The position numbers and the translations under genes are program-made. The notes under the pieces are model-generated. The model was not told the origin of the DNA. It searched no databases and saw only the letters and a program-made list of their open reading frames with translations. A DNA stretch of 64,000 nucleotides, from assembly GCF_964213995.1 (NCBI RefSeq), contig NC_135830.1:7254001-7318000 (forward strand), given 5' to 3'. Within the stretch, counting starts at the first letter, position 1. Every line of letters starts with the position of its first letter. Origin of the DNA: Mustelus asterias (lineage: Eukaryota). This document shows, piece by piece, positions 36,620 through 50,507 of the stretch.

Positions 36620-39210
36620 TAAGAACATAAGAACATAAGACCTAAGAGCAGGAGTAGGCTACCTGGCCCTTCGAGCCTGCTCCACTATTCAATAAGATCA
36701 TGGCTGGTCTTTTGTGGACTCAGCTCCAGTTACCCACCCATTCATCATAACCCTTATTTCCTTTACTGTTCAAAAATGTATCTATCCTTGCCTCAAAAAC
36801 ATTCATTGAGACAGCCTCAACTGTTTCACTGGACAGGGAGTTCCACAGACTCACAACCCTTTAGGCGAAGAAGCTCCTCCTCAACTCAGTCCTAAATCTG
36901 CTCCCTCTTATTTTGAGGCCATGTCCCCTCGTTCTAATTTCACCCGGCAGTGGAAGCAACTTCCCTGCTTCTATCTTATCTATTCCCTTCATAATCTTAC
37001 ATGTTTCTATAAGGTCTCCCCTCAATCTTCTGAATGCAATGAGTATAGCCCCAGTCTACTCATTCTCTCCTCATATGCCAATCCTCTCAACTCCGGAATC
37101 TACCTTTACCTTAGCCAGCAGCCTTTGGTGCGGCACCTTGTCAAATGCCTTCTCGAAATCCCGATAAACCACATCTATAGGTTCACCATTGTCCACTGCG
37201 CACGTAATTTTCTCAAAGAATTCTAACAAATTAGTCCGACATGACCTGCCCTTCATGAACCCATGCTGTGTCTTCCCCATAGGACAATTGATAGTCAGAT
37301 GCCTCGCTATTACTTCCTTGATGATAGATTAAATACTTTTCCATGCTGCAGAAGTTAAGCTAACCGGCCGATACTTACCCACCTTTTGTCTATCTCCTTT
37401 TTTAAACCGTGGCATGACATTTTCTGTTTTCTGCTGGAAGCACCCCAGAGTCCAGCGGATTTTGGTAAATTCCCACTCGCGCATTTGTTACTTCCCCTGC
37501 CATCCCTTTCAGTACCTGGGATGCATTCCATCAGGGCAGGAGACTTGTCTACTTTTAGCCCCATTTGCTTGCCCAACGCTCTCTCTTTAGTGATAATGAT
37601 AGTTTCTAGACACTCACCTGCAATAGCCTTCTTGTAATCAATTATCGTCATGTTATTTGTGTCTTCCACTGTGAAGGCGAACAGAAAATACCTGTTCATT
37701 GCCTCAGCCATTCCCTTATTTCCAGTTATTACATCTCCTTTCTCATCCTCTAAGGGACCGATGTTTACTTTAGCCACTTTTTTTCGTTTTAGATACTTGC
37801 ACAAATGTTTGCTATCTCGTTTGATATTCTGAGCTAGTTTGCTCTCATAATCCATCCTACTTTGCTTTATAGCTTTATTCGTGGCTTTCTGTTGACCTTT
37901 AAAGATTTCCCAATTCTCCAGTTTCCCACTAATCTTTGCCAATTTGTGTGCATTTTATTTCAATCTGACACACTCCTTCATTCCCTGAGATATCCATGGC
38001 TAATTATCTATTTTTCTATGGTCCTTCCTTATCACTAGTAGAAACGTTTGCTCAGCACTGTGAAAAATCGCTTTGAAGATCCTCCACTGTTCCTCAATTG
38101 TCCCACAATAAAGTGTTTTGCTTTTAGGCTACCTTAGCCAACTCCTCCCTCATTCCAATGTAGACTCCATTGTTTAAGAACAAGACGTAGGATGAGCGTA
38201 GAAGATTGAGGGGAGGTTTGATAGAGGTGTATAAGGTTTTGATGGGTATAGATAGAGTGAATGCAAGCAGGCTTTTTCCGCTGAGGCTAGGGGAGAAAAA
38301 AACCAGAGGGCATGGGTTAAGGGTGAGAGGAGAAAAGTTTAAAGGGAATATTAGGGGGGGCTTCTTCACGCAGAGAGTGGTGGGAGTGTGGAATGAGCTG
38401 CCGAATAAAGTGGTAAATGCTTTTAACTTTTAACATTTAAGAAAACCTTGGACGGGTTCATGGATGAGAGGGGTGTGGCGGGATATGGTCCAAGTGCAGG
38501 TCAGTGGGACTAGGCAAAAAATGGTTCGGCACAGCCAAGAAGGGCCAAAAGGCCTGGTTCTGAGCTGTAATTTTCTATGGTTCTGTAGTTCTATGAGAGG
38601 AGACCTAATAGAGGTCCATAAGATGTCGAGAGGCATAGATCGGGTGGACTGTCAGAGACTTTTTCCCAGGGTGGAAATGGCTGCTACGAGAGGACACAGG
38701 TTTAAGGTGCTGGGGCGTAGGTACAGGGGAAATGTTAGGGGGAAGTTTTTCACAGAGGGTGGTGGTCGAGTGGAATCGGCTGCCGTCAGTGGTGGTGGAG
38801 GCAAACTCAATAGGGTCTTTTAAGAGACTCCTGGATGAATACATGGGACTTAATAGGATGGAGGGTTATAGGTAGGCCTAAAAGGTAGGGATATGTTCGG
38901 CACAACTTGTGGGGCCGAAGGGCCTGTTTTGTGCTGTAGTTTTTCTATGTTTCTATGTTTCTATACTGGTGTTGGATTTTACCTTGTAACGCTCCATCTG
39001 TATTTTAAACTCAACCACACCGTGATCGCTTCTTCTGAGAGGAATGCTAACTGTAAGATCATTCATTATTCCTGCCTCATTGCACAGAACCAGATTTAGG
39101 ATAGCTTGCTCCCTCGTAGGTTCCATTGCATATTGTTGAAACAAGCTACCACGGATACATTCTATGAAATCCTCCACAAGACTGCCTTGACCGACCTGGT
39201 TTGACCAATT
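36620..39210. mobile_element. Nested CR1 fragments on both strands in the GPCR-C intron
   Basis: Minus ORFs QHGFMKGRSC/DFEKAFDKVPH and GPLEDEKG; two + strand CR1 3' ends at about 38190-38590 and 38595-38965. Confidence 0.8.
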
Positions 39211-39759
39211 TTAATGTTATCGTAGCCATATTATTCAGTTCCACATATTCATGAACGACAGGTCAACAAACATTGTCTGCATCTTAACACACAATTTGTG
39301 CTGCCCATTATTCTTCTGCTCTCTGACCTCCAATGGCTTCCTTTAGGCAGAAATTCATTTTTAATATTCTCATGCTTGTAGTTAATTTCCTTTAGGGTTC
39401 CATCCCACCAAATAATCCCGATTGCCATTTCCATTCCCCATATTCCAACAAATGGTTACTTATCCTTTTGCTTATGGATCCTGTTATGTTGCGAGGAAGT
39501 TAATGAAGCTGCTGTGGATGGGTTTCTGGAGGTTGCGTTGTGAGCTGTTGCATGCATGCATTCCTGTTCGAGGATCTTTTGACTCAGTTCTCGGAAACAT
39601 ATCAGAAATTCAGATTCAGTGCATCTCGGTATCAAACATGACCAGCAAATGAAGCAAGAGCTGCAGAGAGGAGACACTCTGGAAAACGCGAGATGGAGAG
39701 GAAACCAACCCCAGCTTTTACCAACCTCCACATTACCAAGGACCAGAACACCAAGCGAT

Positions 39760-39960
39760 GCTGATTCAACAAGCCCATGGCCATAGATCTGTTCTGCAAG
39801 ACCTGAACAAGACTTGGAGCCTCATGTCAGGGTAAAGACAGTGTTGTCCATGGCAATTAAGTTCATAGTTTCCGTCAACTTCTCTGGATGTGGAAATTTT
39901 CCAAACAGTGCACATGACATATCCATTCCCATTCACAGATTATCCTCGCAGCTCCGTCAG
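39760..39960 (+). mobile_element. Possible ancient Harbinger/HARBI1-like transposase relic
   Basis: KTVLSMAIKFIVSVNFSGCGNFPNSAHDISI resembles the HARBI1-type helix-turn-helix region (xxALxVAVKVxxALNFxASGSFQxxxGDI); short and degenerate. Confidence 0.3.
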
Positions 39961-40983
39961 AAGCAAAGAAGCGGAAAATTGAGTGATGGGCAGAAAAACA
40001 AGCCCAAGGGACTGAACAATAATTAGCGTTTGAAATTGGGAGTGAAAAGATAGTTTAAATCAAGATTAAAGTCAAAAATAGAAAAGGAATTGGAATCTGA
40101 GCAGGGCACAGTTAATGATTGTTACAGCATGGTGCACAGATGTTAGAGTGGTATCGGAGCTGAAGTGTGGACAGAATAATAGCTGCTGTGCACAGCAGCG
40201 GAAATGTTCTTAACGAACCAGCTCCCACAGCACAACAATGCTTCATCGATCAGCAGCATGCCAATAAATATTTACAGTTGACAGATCAGAATTCTCATCT
40301 CGTGGTTACTTAGGGTCGTATTCAAAAATGTAAAATAGCGTCTTTAATGCCGTTGTAATGTGCAGAGGGCAGGTAAAATCAGACGCGAGCTCTTCAGAGT
40401 TTAAACTCGAGCGCACACCCAACACAGAGTTGGACATTCACCCTTATCTCGTCCCCGTTTTTCCCAGATGAACATATGGTCGGATTTATGTGAGTATGAG
40501 ATTGTCGGTTTCAAAACTGGAGAATTAATCCGACTCGTGTTGTACGAGTTTGATACGCAAACCCAGCCCATCATCTGTCTATCTGTCCCTGCACCTGATT
40601 TAAAAGTTGTCCCTTTAGTTTGTAATGTCTTCCATGCTCTTTCCTTCCAACTCCATTGAAATGATCGCGCATCTGTCCTCTGCCCGTAACAGAACCGCCA
40701 CCTCTTGCTCCTCTGGTTACCCATTGGCTATCCTTTACTTCTGGGTCTCTCCATCACCTTTGCATGCCACATCATTCTTGCCTCCCCTCTCTTCCCACAT
40801 TTTGGTTTTTTTTCACATTTGCTTCTCCCAGACCTTCACAGACCTTCCTGTTTCTCCTTTCTGGTCTATTTATTTCAGTACATCACAGGATGCAGTAGCA
40901 CATCTCATTATTTATTCTATTAAACTGGCAACTTGCTCCGCAGCCTGATGTATAATTGTAGTATTTATTTTCCTTCCTTACAG

Positions 40984-41885
40984 CGAACTTAATCACGATT
41001 GTCATTCTGACGTGCAAAAAATGTGGTCTCTCCAAATGTGTTGCTTATTATCTGGTGGCGATGTCAATGGCTGATCTACTAGTCCTTATCCTTGACCTGA
41101 TACTGAGACAAATTCCAGCAGTTTATGATGAATCGTTTTATTTCCTGTATTCCATTCCCGTGTGCAATTTTCACGCTGTTCTGCTTTATGCAGCTACTGA
41201 CTGTTCAGTCTGGTTCACCGTCACGTTCACCTTTGATCGATTTGTAGCCATTTGTTGCCAGAAGCTGAAACGTAAATATTGCAACGAGAAAACAGCGGCT
41301 GTGGTTCTGGGAACAGTGGCAGCTCTGAGCTGTCTAAAGAACATTTTCTGGTGCTTTATGTTATTAGGTAGTTATACGTTGTTAAACGACCCCTGGTTTT
41401 GTGCTTACAGAAGATATATTCTGTTCTCTTCATTCTGGGTAACAATCGAATTCATCCATAACGTTCTAACGCCGTGTGTTCCATTTGTCCTAATTCTGCT
41501 CCTGAATGTTTTCACAATCAGACACATTTTGGTGATCAGCAGGGCCCGCAGGAGACTGCGGTCTCACAGCAGTGAGGAAAATTACAAAGATCCAGAGATG
41601 GAGAGTCGAAGGAAATCCATAATTTTAGTGCTGGTTATTTCAGTCAATTTCATTCTTTTATGGTCAACGTTAATGATATTTTCCATATGGAGACGGATGC
41701 ATGGTTTAGGGTTTCGGTCTTTGCACTTAGATTTTTACGTTCTGGAATTAGGCTTCATGATGCAGCTCCTGAGTTGCTGCACAAACACTGGGATTTATGC
41801 CGTCACCCAAACTAAGTTCAGAGAGCAGTTGAAGAATGTGGTGAAAAAACCCTTCACTGTAATTGTCCAATTCAATCAAAAATGA
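40984..41885 (+). CDS. GPR139/GPR142-like orphan GPCR, copy C, exon 2 (spliced protein up to 374 aa)
   Basis: Acceptor ttccttccttacag| at 40983; (A)NLITIVILTCKKCGLSKCVAYYLVAMSMADL...FTFDRFVAICCQKLK...LTPCVPF...FILLWST...SCCTNTGIYAVTQTKFR; open to the stop. Coding length 902 nt, identical to exon 2 of copy B. Confidence 0.92.
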
Positions 41886-42355
41886 GACCAACTGAAATAC
41901 TGAGTGTTTTCAAAAGTATACCATTTTTTAAAATATGCAGGGGTACTGGCATGGGGCATTGACATGAGTTGAAAACAAAAACCCTTGCAATTCCTCCTCT
42001 CTCGTTGGCCAATCCAACTGTCCAACACCCTGCTCCTTCACACAAATTCAAAAGAAAACAGTCCCTGAAAGCTCCGCTCGACAACTTGCTGGTGCAACTA
42101 TTCATTAATACGCCATTGCACGCTCATTGGATAGAAATCCTTACCCACTCACCCTAGAGGAACTGGGATTACAGGGAGAGTGGGGAGGGGCTGGAGCTTT
42201 TGTAGAGGATGGGAGGCCATTCAGATGCCGTGAGAGAGATGTCACATCTACTTAATCCCGCAGAATTCGAATTAAGGAAGTGGGGGTGGGCAGGGCGGTT
42301 GGCGGGGGGGGGGGGGGGGATGTTAAGGGAGGTGTAAATATCCGTGGCATCCAAG

Positions 42356-42605
42356 CTCACAACGGACTCTCCACATTCAATATTTCACACTGACATAGTC
42401 AGATTGTCTCTGAGCTCACACTGGACCCCACATTCCATATTTCACACGGCCATAGAGTCATATTGTCTCTGAGCTTGCACCGGATGCACCACATTCAATA
42501 TTTCATTCTTACGCCATCGACTCATACTGTCTCTGGACTCACACCCGCACCCTCTACATTAATATTTCACATGGGCATAGACTCACACTGTCTCTGAACT
42601 CACAC
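42356..42605 (+). repeat. Minisatellite of about 60 bp, roughly 4 copies
   Basis: Repeating 'cacattcaatatttcaca...catag(a)(g/c)tca(g/t/c)a(t/c)tgtctctga(g/a)ctcacac'. Confidence 0.85.
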
Positions 42606-42679
42606 CTAATAATCAAGGACGGACACAAATCAAAATCGAGTATTTTCGTTAGTGAAGGCTGATGAATAATTTGCAATGT

Positions 42680-43019
42680 CTATGCGCACACGTGTGTGTG
42701 TACGTGTGTGTCTATGTGCACGTTTGTGTGTGTGTGTGTGTCTCTGTGTGTATGCATCTTTGTTTGCCTGTGTGCGTACGCATCTCTGTATATGTATGCA
42801 TCTGTTAGTCTCAGTGTGTGTGAGTGCATGTGGTTCTGTCTTTTTCTGAGTGTGTTTGCTTTGTCTGTTTGCATCTCTGTGTGTTTATGTGTGTGTGCGT
42901 GTGTCTGCCTCTGTTTCTGCGTGTGCCTGTGTGTGCATATGTGTGTATGTTTGTGTAGGTGCGTGTCTATGTATATGTGTTTGTATGTGTGTGGCTGTTT
43001 GTGTGTGTGTGTGTGTGCG

Positions 43020-43065
<46 letters not shown>

Positions 43066-43100
43066 CGCGTGTGTAGGTTTTCGTGTCTGTGTCTACAAGT
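42680..43100. repeat. Degenerate (TG)n microsatellite
   Basis: Direct inspection; a second block lies at about 43405-43570. Explains the HT- and CV-rich spurious ORFs. Confidence 0.95.
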
Positions 43101-45359
43101 GACAGAAAGTTCTTAGTCCTGATTGCCGAAGGACCGAAGATGTTGTGCAAACTGGTCTCTCAGTCTTCATTTGGTCTCCCTGATGTATGTTCTCCCCGTA
43201 TCTGCTTGGGTTTCCTCTAGGTACCCGGGTTTTCTCCTACAGTCCAAAGATGTGTAGGTTAGGTTAATTAACCATGGTGAATGCAGTGTTACGGGGACAG
43301 GTGTGGGAAATTGCCTGGGTAAGGTACTCTGTCAGCGCGTCGGTGCAAATTCGATGGGCTAATGGCCTCTTCCTGCATTGTAGCGACTCTATGACTCTAA
43401 ATCAGTTGTGTGTGTTTATGTATGTTTGTGTGTGTGCGTGTGTGTATGTGTGCGTATTCGTGTGTGTGTGTGTGTGTGAGCGTGTGTGTGTGTGTTTGTG
43501 TGTGTGTGTGCGTGTGTTTGTATGTGCGTACTCGTGTGTGTGAGTTTGCGTATGTGTGTGTGTGTGCGTGCCTGTTGGTCGCCATTCAACCACATTAACA
43601 AGAAACATTGCTTGGTCACCAAGAATTTCTCCTTGTCCCCTTTTTTAATTAAACAATGTCAGGATAGGCCGAGCATATGTATGATACAAAATAAATCTTT
43701 CCTTATACCGCTCAAGCACTCTTTTTCAGAAGTTAAAATCACAGATGGGTTTACACAAAATGAAGTTCCATCAGCACCGTGGCAGCAAATAATTCGAGGG
43801 CATTTGCAGCAGGGAAGAGCTACAGACTAAATCTCCCTCTGCACTGCACCAACAGCAGTACCCAGGATACTGCACAAGTGATTGCAAAATGATTCTGGGT
43901 CGATGAGAACCAGTCTTGTGGAAAACGGTAAATGAATTGGGGTTCAAGTTCTAAGTTAGTAGAAATGAAATTGTATTTTCTTAAATTAAACAACTTATTT
44001 AGAATCATAGCGTCCAACAATTGAGAAGGAGGCCACCGACTCTCTGATAGATTATTTCACCCAGGCCATTTCATCCACCCTATCCCCATAACACTACATT
44101 TACCATGGAAAATCAATCTAACCTGCACATCTTTGGAATGTGGAAGGAAACCAGAGAACCTGGAGGAAACCCAGGCATACACGGCGAGAATATACATCGG
44201 AGAGACCAAATGGAAACTGGGCTACCAGTTTGCAAAACACCTTCGATCCTTCTGCAATCAAGACCCAGAGCTTCATGTTGCCTGCCATTTGAACACAACA
44301 CCCGGTTGTCCTGCCAGCATGTCCAATCTGGGCCTTTTCCAATGTTCCTCTGAACCTTAACGTAGAATGATGGAATAGCAATTAATCTTCCGACTTTACA
44401 GCTTTCCGGACTAAGCAGTGAGTTCAAAAACTTCAGAACGTGAACTCTTTATTTCACCTTCGCCCCATTTCTATTTCTTTTATTTCATTACTTCGTTTCC
44501 TCTTGTTCATCCATTTTTATTATTTTGCATTCTTATTTCTATTTTTCCATTTCGAAAATCTCACCTTTTCGCTCTCCCCAACGCCTTCTCAGCTCGGGCA
44601 CGCTGCCGCATTCCTACACCCTGCACCTTTGTTCTGCCATTTGCACATTCCGATTAATGGACGCTTTTATCACCATCCTCGGCCTTTATCATCACCATTT
44701 ACATTCCATTTCTCTTTTTGATCATTCCATTCCTATCAATTTTAGCACCGACCCAACCCAACCCCCGCCCCGCCCCCGCCCCCGCCCAACGCACACCCAT
44801 ACCCCTCACCTTCACAGTAGAAATATTGTCTGATTTTCCATTTCTTCAACTCTGACGAAGTATCATCCTGACTCAAAACGTTGGCACAATTCCCTCTCCA
44901 CAGATGCTGTCATACCTGCTGAGATTTTCCAGAATATTCCGTTTTTATCTCACGCATGGAATCGCTGAATAAGGAACTGAAAACAATAACAATGTTCCTA
45001 CCGAACGTTATATAACTCTCCTTTTCTCTTGGAACTGCGGTCGTTTCACGTTAATTTAATACTGGTGGGAAGCAGGGTCAAAGCAGGCGGCTCAGGCTTC
45101 TTGAATTATTCCGGATCGAAAAAATCTGCATTACCAATCTCAGAGAAAATTGGGGATAATCTATGGCAGAGAGGATGGAATAGTTCAAAGAAGTATCAAT
45201 AGTGTGAAAAGTTTAAACAAAAGACCAGGGCAAATAAATGCCGGACATTCTGGGTGACATGTGGAGACAGGGATTGATAAAGAACAAGGAGACAGGGGAA
45301 GGCATGAGAAGGAAATCAAAGGCTGAATTATAGCAACATGGATCAAATGCAATGAGGGG

Positions 45360-46620
45360 ATATGAGCAAGCTCTGTAGGGAAAATCCCAAGATATTCTAT
45401 AAGTATATCAATGGGAAGAGGAAAACCAGGGAAAGAATAGGGCCCACTAGGGGCGAAGGGGTGAAGCCAGAGGATATTGGTAGAGTGTTGAATGAATACT
45501 TCGCATCAGTCTTCACCCAAGAGAATGAAGGCAAAGATATGGAATGCAGGGTGAGGGACTATGAGGTTCTTGACTAAATTGACATCGGGAAGGACAAACT
45601 ATTAGAGATGTTGGCAGCCTTGGAAGTAAATAAATCTCCAGGTCCAGCTGTTGTGGGAGGCAAAGGGAGAGATTGCAGGGGCTCTGACACAAATTTTGAA
45701 TTCTTCTCTGCCGACGGGAGAGGTGCCAGACGTTTGGAGAACAGTTAATATAGTTCCATTATTTAAGAAGGGTTGTAGAGAGAACTACAGACCAGTGAAC
45801 CTCACGTCAGTGGTGGGGAGCCTATTAGAGAAACGTCTGAATTAGATCACCTTTCTCCAGTTGGAGTAACAAAGCTTGATCAGGGATAGTCTGCTTGGCT
45901 TCGTCAGAGGGAGGTCATGCCTAACAAATGAGATTGATTTTTTTGAGGAGGTGGCCAGATGCGTAGTTGAGGATAGCACAGTCGATGTAGTTTATATGGA
46001 TTTCCACAAACTTTTTGGCAAGTCCCACATGAGAGACTTGGAAAAGAATGCAAATTCACATGGGGTATAGGATAATTTGATTAAGTGGATTGAATTGGCT
46101 GAGTTTTAGGAGACGGAGGGTGATGACAGAAGGCTGCTTTAGTGACTGAAGCCTGTGTCCAGTGCCGTACCACAGGATATGTGTTGGGCCCCCTATTATT
46201 TGTCATTGATATAAATGAAATTGATAAATATCTGGGCGCGAGGATTAGTAAGCTTGCGGATGACACAAAGATTGGACTGGTGGTTAACAGTGAAAGGGAG
46301 TGTCATGGGCTACAAGAAGAGAATGAATGGTCAAATGAGCAGTAAGTGGCAGATGGAACTGAACCCTGAAAAGTGTAAGGTGATACACTTTGAAAGGAGT
46401 AATTTGACAAGAAAATAATCAATGAATGATAGGGCAGTTAGAAGTTCTGTGGAACAAAGTGTCCTTTGCATGTTTGTCTACAGATCTTTGAAAGCGGAAG
46501 GGCATGTTAGTAAGATGGTGAAAAAGGCACATGAGACACTTGCCTTCATCAATCGTGACATAGATTACAAAAGCAGGGAAGTCCTGATGGAGTTGTTTGG
46601 AACTTTGATGACGCCATTGC
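45360..46620 (+). mobile_element. Old CR1 LINE fragment
   Basis: ENPKIFYKYINGKR, NYRPVNLTSVVG, GFVRGRSCLTN and KLADDTKIG across short frameshifted ORFs. Confidence 0.8.
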
Positions 46621-47914
46621 TCTACTCTCATCGATCATCTTGGTGAACTCCTCGGAAAAATCAATCAAATTAGTTAACTTAACCTGCCCCTCTGACTTTC
46701 CCTCATTGGACCATGCTTTTCCAAATGTTCATATATCCTATCACGAAGAATCCTCTCCAATGACTTCCAAAACACCGATGTGAGAATTACCCGTCTACAA
46801 TTTCCTGGATTTCTTTTTCTTGAACAGAAGAACAACATTAACTACTCGCTCTGGGACCTCTCCAGTGGTAGTGGTGGTACAAAGATCTTTGTCAAGGCCC
46901 CAGTAATCTCCTTTCCTACCTCTTACAGTAAGTTGGTGTAGATCCCATCAGGCCCTGGGGATGCATACATCTTAGTGCTCGTCAAACGACCCAACACGAC
47001 TTCTTTCTGGATCTCGAAAAGCCCTAACACATTAGCATGCTCCACGCTACTCCAAAAATCCTCCATATCATTCTCCTTAGTGAACACAGATGGAAAGTAC
47101 TCCTTTAGGATCTCGCTCAAATACTCTTCCTCCAAGATCATGTTCCCTCCTTTATCCTTGAGTGGACTTACATTCTCCCTCGTTTTCTCTCCCTCAATGT
47201 CAACAAAACGAAGGAGATAGTCATCAGTTTCAGGAAGTGTAGTGGAAGAACAAGTGAAAATGGTCGAGGGCTTCAAATGCCTAGGTGCCCCGATCACCAG
47301 CAAACTGTCCGGGTCCCTCCATGCCGACGCTCATCAACGCCTCTACTTTTTCAGGGGACGAAGGAAATCTGACGTGTCCGCTGCGAATCTCACCAAAGCT
47401 TACAGATGCACCACAGAAAGCATTATTTCTGGTTGTATCACAGCTTGGTGTGACTCCTGGTCTGTGCGAAGAACGTACAAAACTACAAGGCGTCGTGAAA
47501 GAAGCCCAGTCCATCATTTAGACCAGTCTCCCACCCATTGATACTGTGTACACTTCCCGCTGTCTTGGAAAAGTAGCCAGCATAATTAAGGATCCCACGC
47601 ACCCCAGACATAATCTTTTCCACCTTCTTCCGTCGGGAAAATGATCCAAACGTCTGAGGACAAGTGCCAACCGACTCAAGAAAAGCTTCTTCCCTGGTGC
47701 CATCAGGCCTTTGAATGGACCTACCTCGCATTAAGTTGATGTTTCTGCACAACCTCGCTTTGACTGTAACCATACATTCTGAACTCTGTCCCCTACTTCA
47801 TAGATGAACAGTATGCTTTGTCTGTGTAGCACGCACGAAAGAATACTTTTCACTGTATACTAATACAGGTAACAATAATAAATCAGATCAAATCATAAAA
47901 GAAACGGCAAGTAA

Positions 47915-48200
47915 AATTGCCATGGTGGTACACTGGTGGGCCCTCACAGCGCCAGGGCCCCGGGTTCAATTCCGGCCTCGGATCACTGTCTGTGTGGAGT
48001 TTACACGTTCTCCCCGTGTCTGCGTGGGTTTCCTCCTGGTGCTCCGGTTTCTTCCCACAGTCCAAAGATGTGCTGGTTGGGTTGATTAACCATGCAATGT
48101 TGACCCGTGTGTCAGGGGGTCTGAGTGGGATTGTAGTCGTTCCAGATTCGATGGGCCGAATGGCCTCCTTCTGGACTGTCGGGATCCGATGGGATTCTAT
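47915..48200 (+). mobile_element. HE1-like tRNA-derived SINE
   Basis: B-box-like GGTTCAATTCC followed by the HE1 core; full minus-strand copy at about 52590-52925, partial copies at about 43170-43400 and 44010-44190. Confidence 0.8.
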
Positions 48201-50507
48201 GATTTTCACCACATCTGCAATAGCAAAGTGTGTCCAATAGATGGCTATGAAACCTCGATTTTTGGCATTACAGGTAACGGAGTTTGTCTCAATTATCACT
48301 GCAAAGGTCTCGGTCTCTGCTCATCTTGAAATGCACCCAGCCTCTGTTTATACGCCACGAAATCACATTTCTGAATGTATGACAATAATTCAGTTATTTC
48401 TGTACTCGGCAAATTCCCAATTGTTATTATGGTTATTCAGAATTTAACTGATATACAGCGGCATTGAATTAAATCTTGGCTAATGTCATAATACTCCATT
48501 TCTGAATTTTTACTTGACGAGAACCTGTCTGTCCTGATTCTGTACCAGAAGGTGTTACTGTTTGCATTTCGCAAGGCTCTGGAACCTACCACGTATACAC
48601 GACATCTCAGTCACTGCTGCACCAGCCCAGCTTCCTGTTTATCACCAACAACATCCTGTCACTGTTCTTATTGTGTTATGTCATGTTTCTTTATTGCTGC
48701 ACTTGTCCCTGTCAAAGCTTATATTAATGGAAGGTCTTTGCCATTAATTACTGTGCCAGGCTTTGTCTCAGTTTCTATTATCCAATGTCAGGAATCAGAT
48801 AAAACTACACGAGGCCCTGGGTCAGCCTAATTATGTTCGATCCTCTTTTGTTATTAATGCGCCAGACCAAACCCCTGTTCATTTCCTGCAAGATACAGTC
48901 TCAATTTTACTTTATTCAGTACTGCCCTACTTTTTCTTCCACTGAGCCACCTCTCATTTCATTTCACATTATATCATGTCGTTGTTTATATTCCAGTAGT
49001 ATCTATTTTAGCCTACATTATAATAAAATCTTTTTCAGATTTTATTATTGCAGAATTTGTCCTTGTTTATATTAGAATAGATCTGGTCGTCTCCATAATT
49101 GCACCACTCTATTTGTATTACAGAAAACCACGCTGATTATTAATATACTAGATCCTGTTTCAATAAATACTAAACTGGACCCAGTATCCGCCTGTATCCA
49201 TATACTGTATCCATAATTAGTGCACTGTGCCCTGCCTCTGTATTACTGCACAAAAGTCTGTCCTTATTTATGTTAAAATAGACGACGTCGATGAAATATC
49301 ACATCGGCTCTTCTCTTTGGTATTTGAATGCTTATTATTTCAAATAGTCTATTTCCTAATAACCCTCTTTGGAGAAAATTCACTTTCTCTTTACAATTTC
49401 CCTTTAATTGTCTCAATCATCAGTTTCATACATCTCCAGCTTCCGTGAATGTATGAAAATCACAAACAGTCCATGTATTTTAATTGAAGATTATTTAATA
49501 CTGTAATAATTAATTGATTAGCTTTCTGTTGTATACTCTTGTTTCTACAGTAACTTTTTGTGTACGTGTCGGATTATCTCGCTTTCGAGATCAGATGGAA
49601 AATGAACTGAAATCCATCGCGAATGATGAGCAGATTAATGGAAAATCACCATCTCAGCATGTCACAGACGCTGCTGATATGAACCTCTGATGTTTGCTGA
49701 CTTGTGCAAATGATTCCAAAAATGAACCTGGACCTTTCCCTGAAAGGAGATAAATGCACCTGTAGTTCTCAGACTTCGTATTGCTATTGATGCAAAGGAC
49801 TGAAACATTTGCTGCTCTCCAGAGAAGGTTCAATATTTATGTTTCTATTGTTTTTAACCGTTGCATTCACCAATTCCATGGTAATGAAACGTTTTGGTAG
49901 ATTGAACTTCCTGTAGGTATTATTCTCCAGGTAATCGAATATAAGACAGGGCCACCTGTATCATAACGACTTGTGTGATATTCACAGCGACCCGAGCTGG
50001 TGAACGTGGACTGCATCGGATCAGGAAGGCAGCTCATCTCCACCTTCTAAAAGGCAATTAGGGAAGGGCAACCGATGCCAGTGACGCCCGCATAAATGAT
50101 TTGAAATAGTGCAGCAATACAAGACAATAAATCTGGTCGAATATAAACAGATATACCAGCGCAATGATAACATGAAATGTGCGTTAGAGTAATATAAGCC
50201 AATTTGTGGGTTATATTGAATAAGAGAGTCATGATCAGATATAACATAAAAATAAACAGTTATTTGTGTGATCTTTGTAGAAAAAGTGCTTTGTGGAAAA
50301 ATAACTAGTGGGAGTCAAATATAACAAAACGATGTACAGGTTTTTATTCAGAATTGATCAGGTAATGGTTTCCAAAAATAATCATGGAGAAGTAGAGCAT
50401 TAGAATTTTAATGACCGCTCCAGTGTATCAATAACAGAGACTGCTGGGCCCGGGGTCAGACTGGAGTCTGATATAAGGAAACAATTAATTTTAGGGCCTT
50501 AGTGCAA

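Noticed and set aside
42356-42605. CRISPR-like repeat array
   Set aside because: Vertebrate DNA; whole units are homologous with no unique spacers, so it is an ordinary minisatellite.
42680-43622. His/Thr- and Cys/Val-rich ORFs
   Set aside because: These are translations of (TG)n/(CA)n microsatellites.
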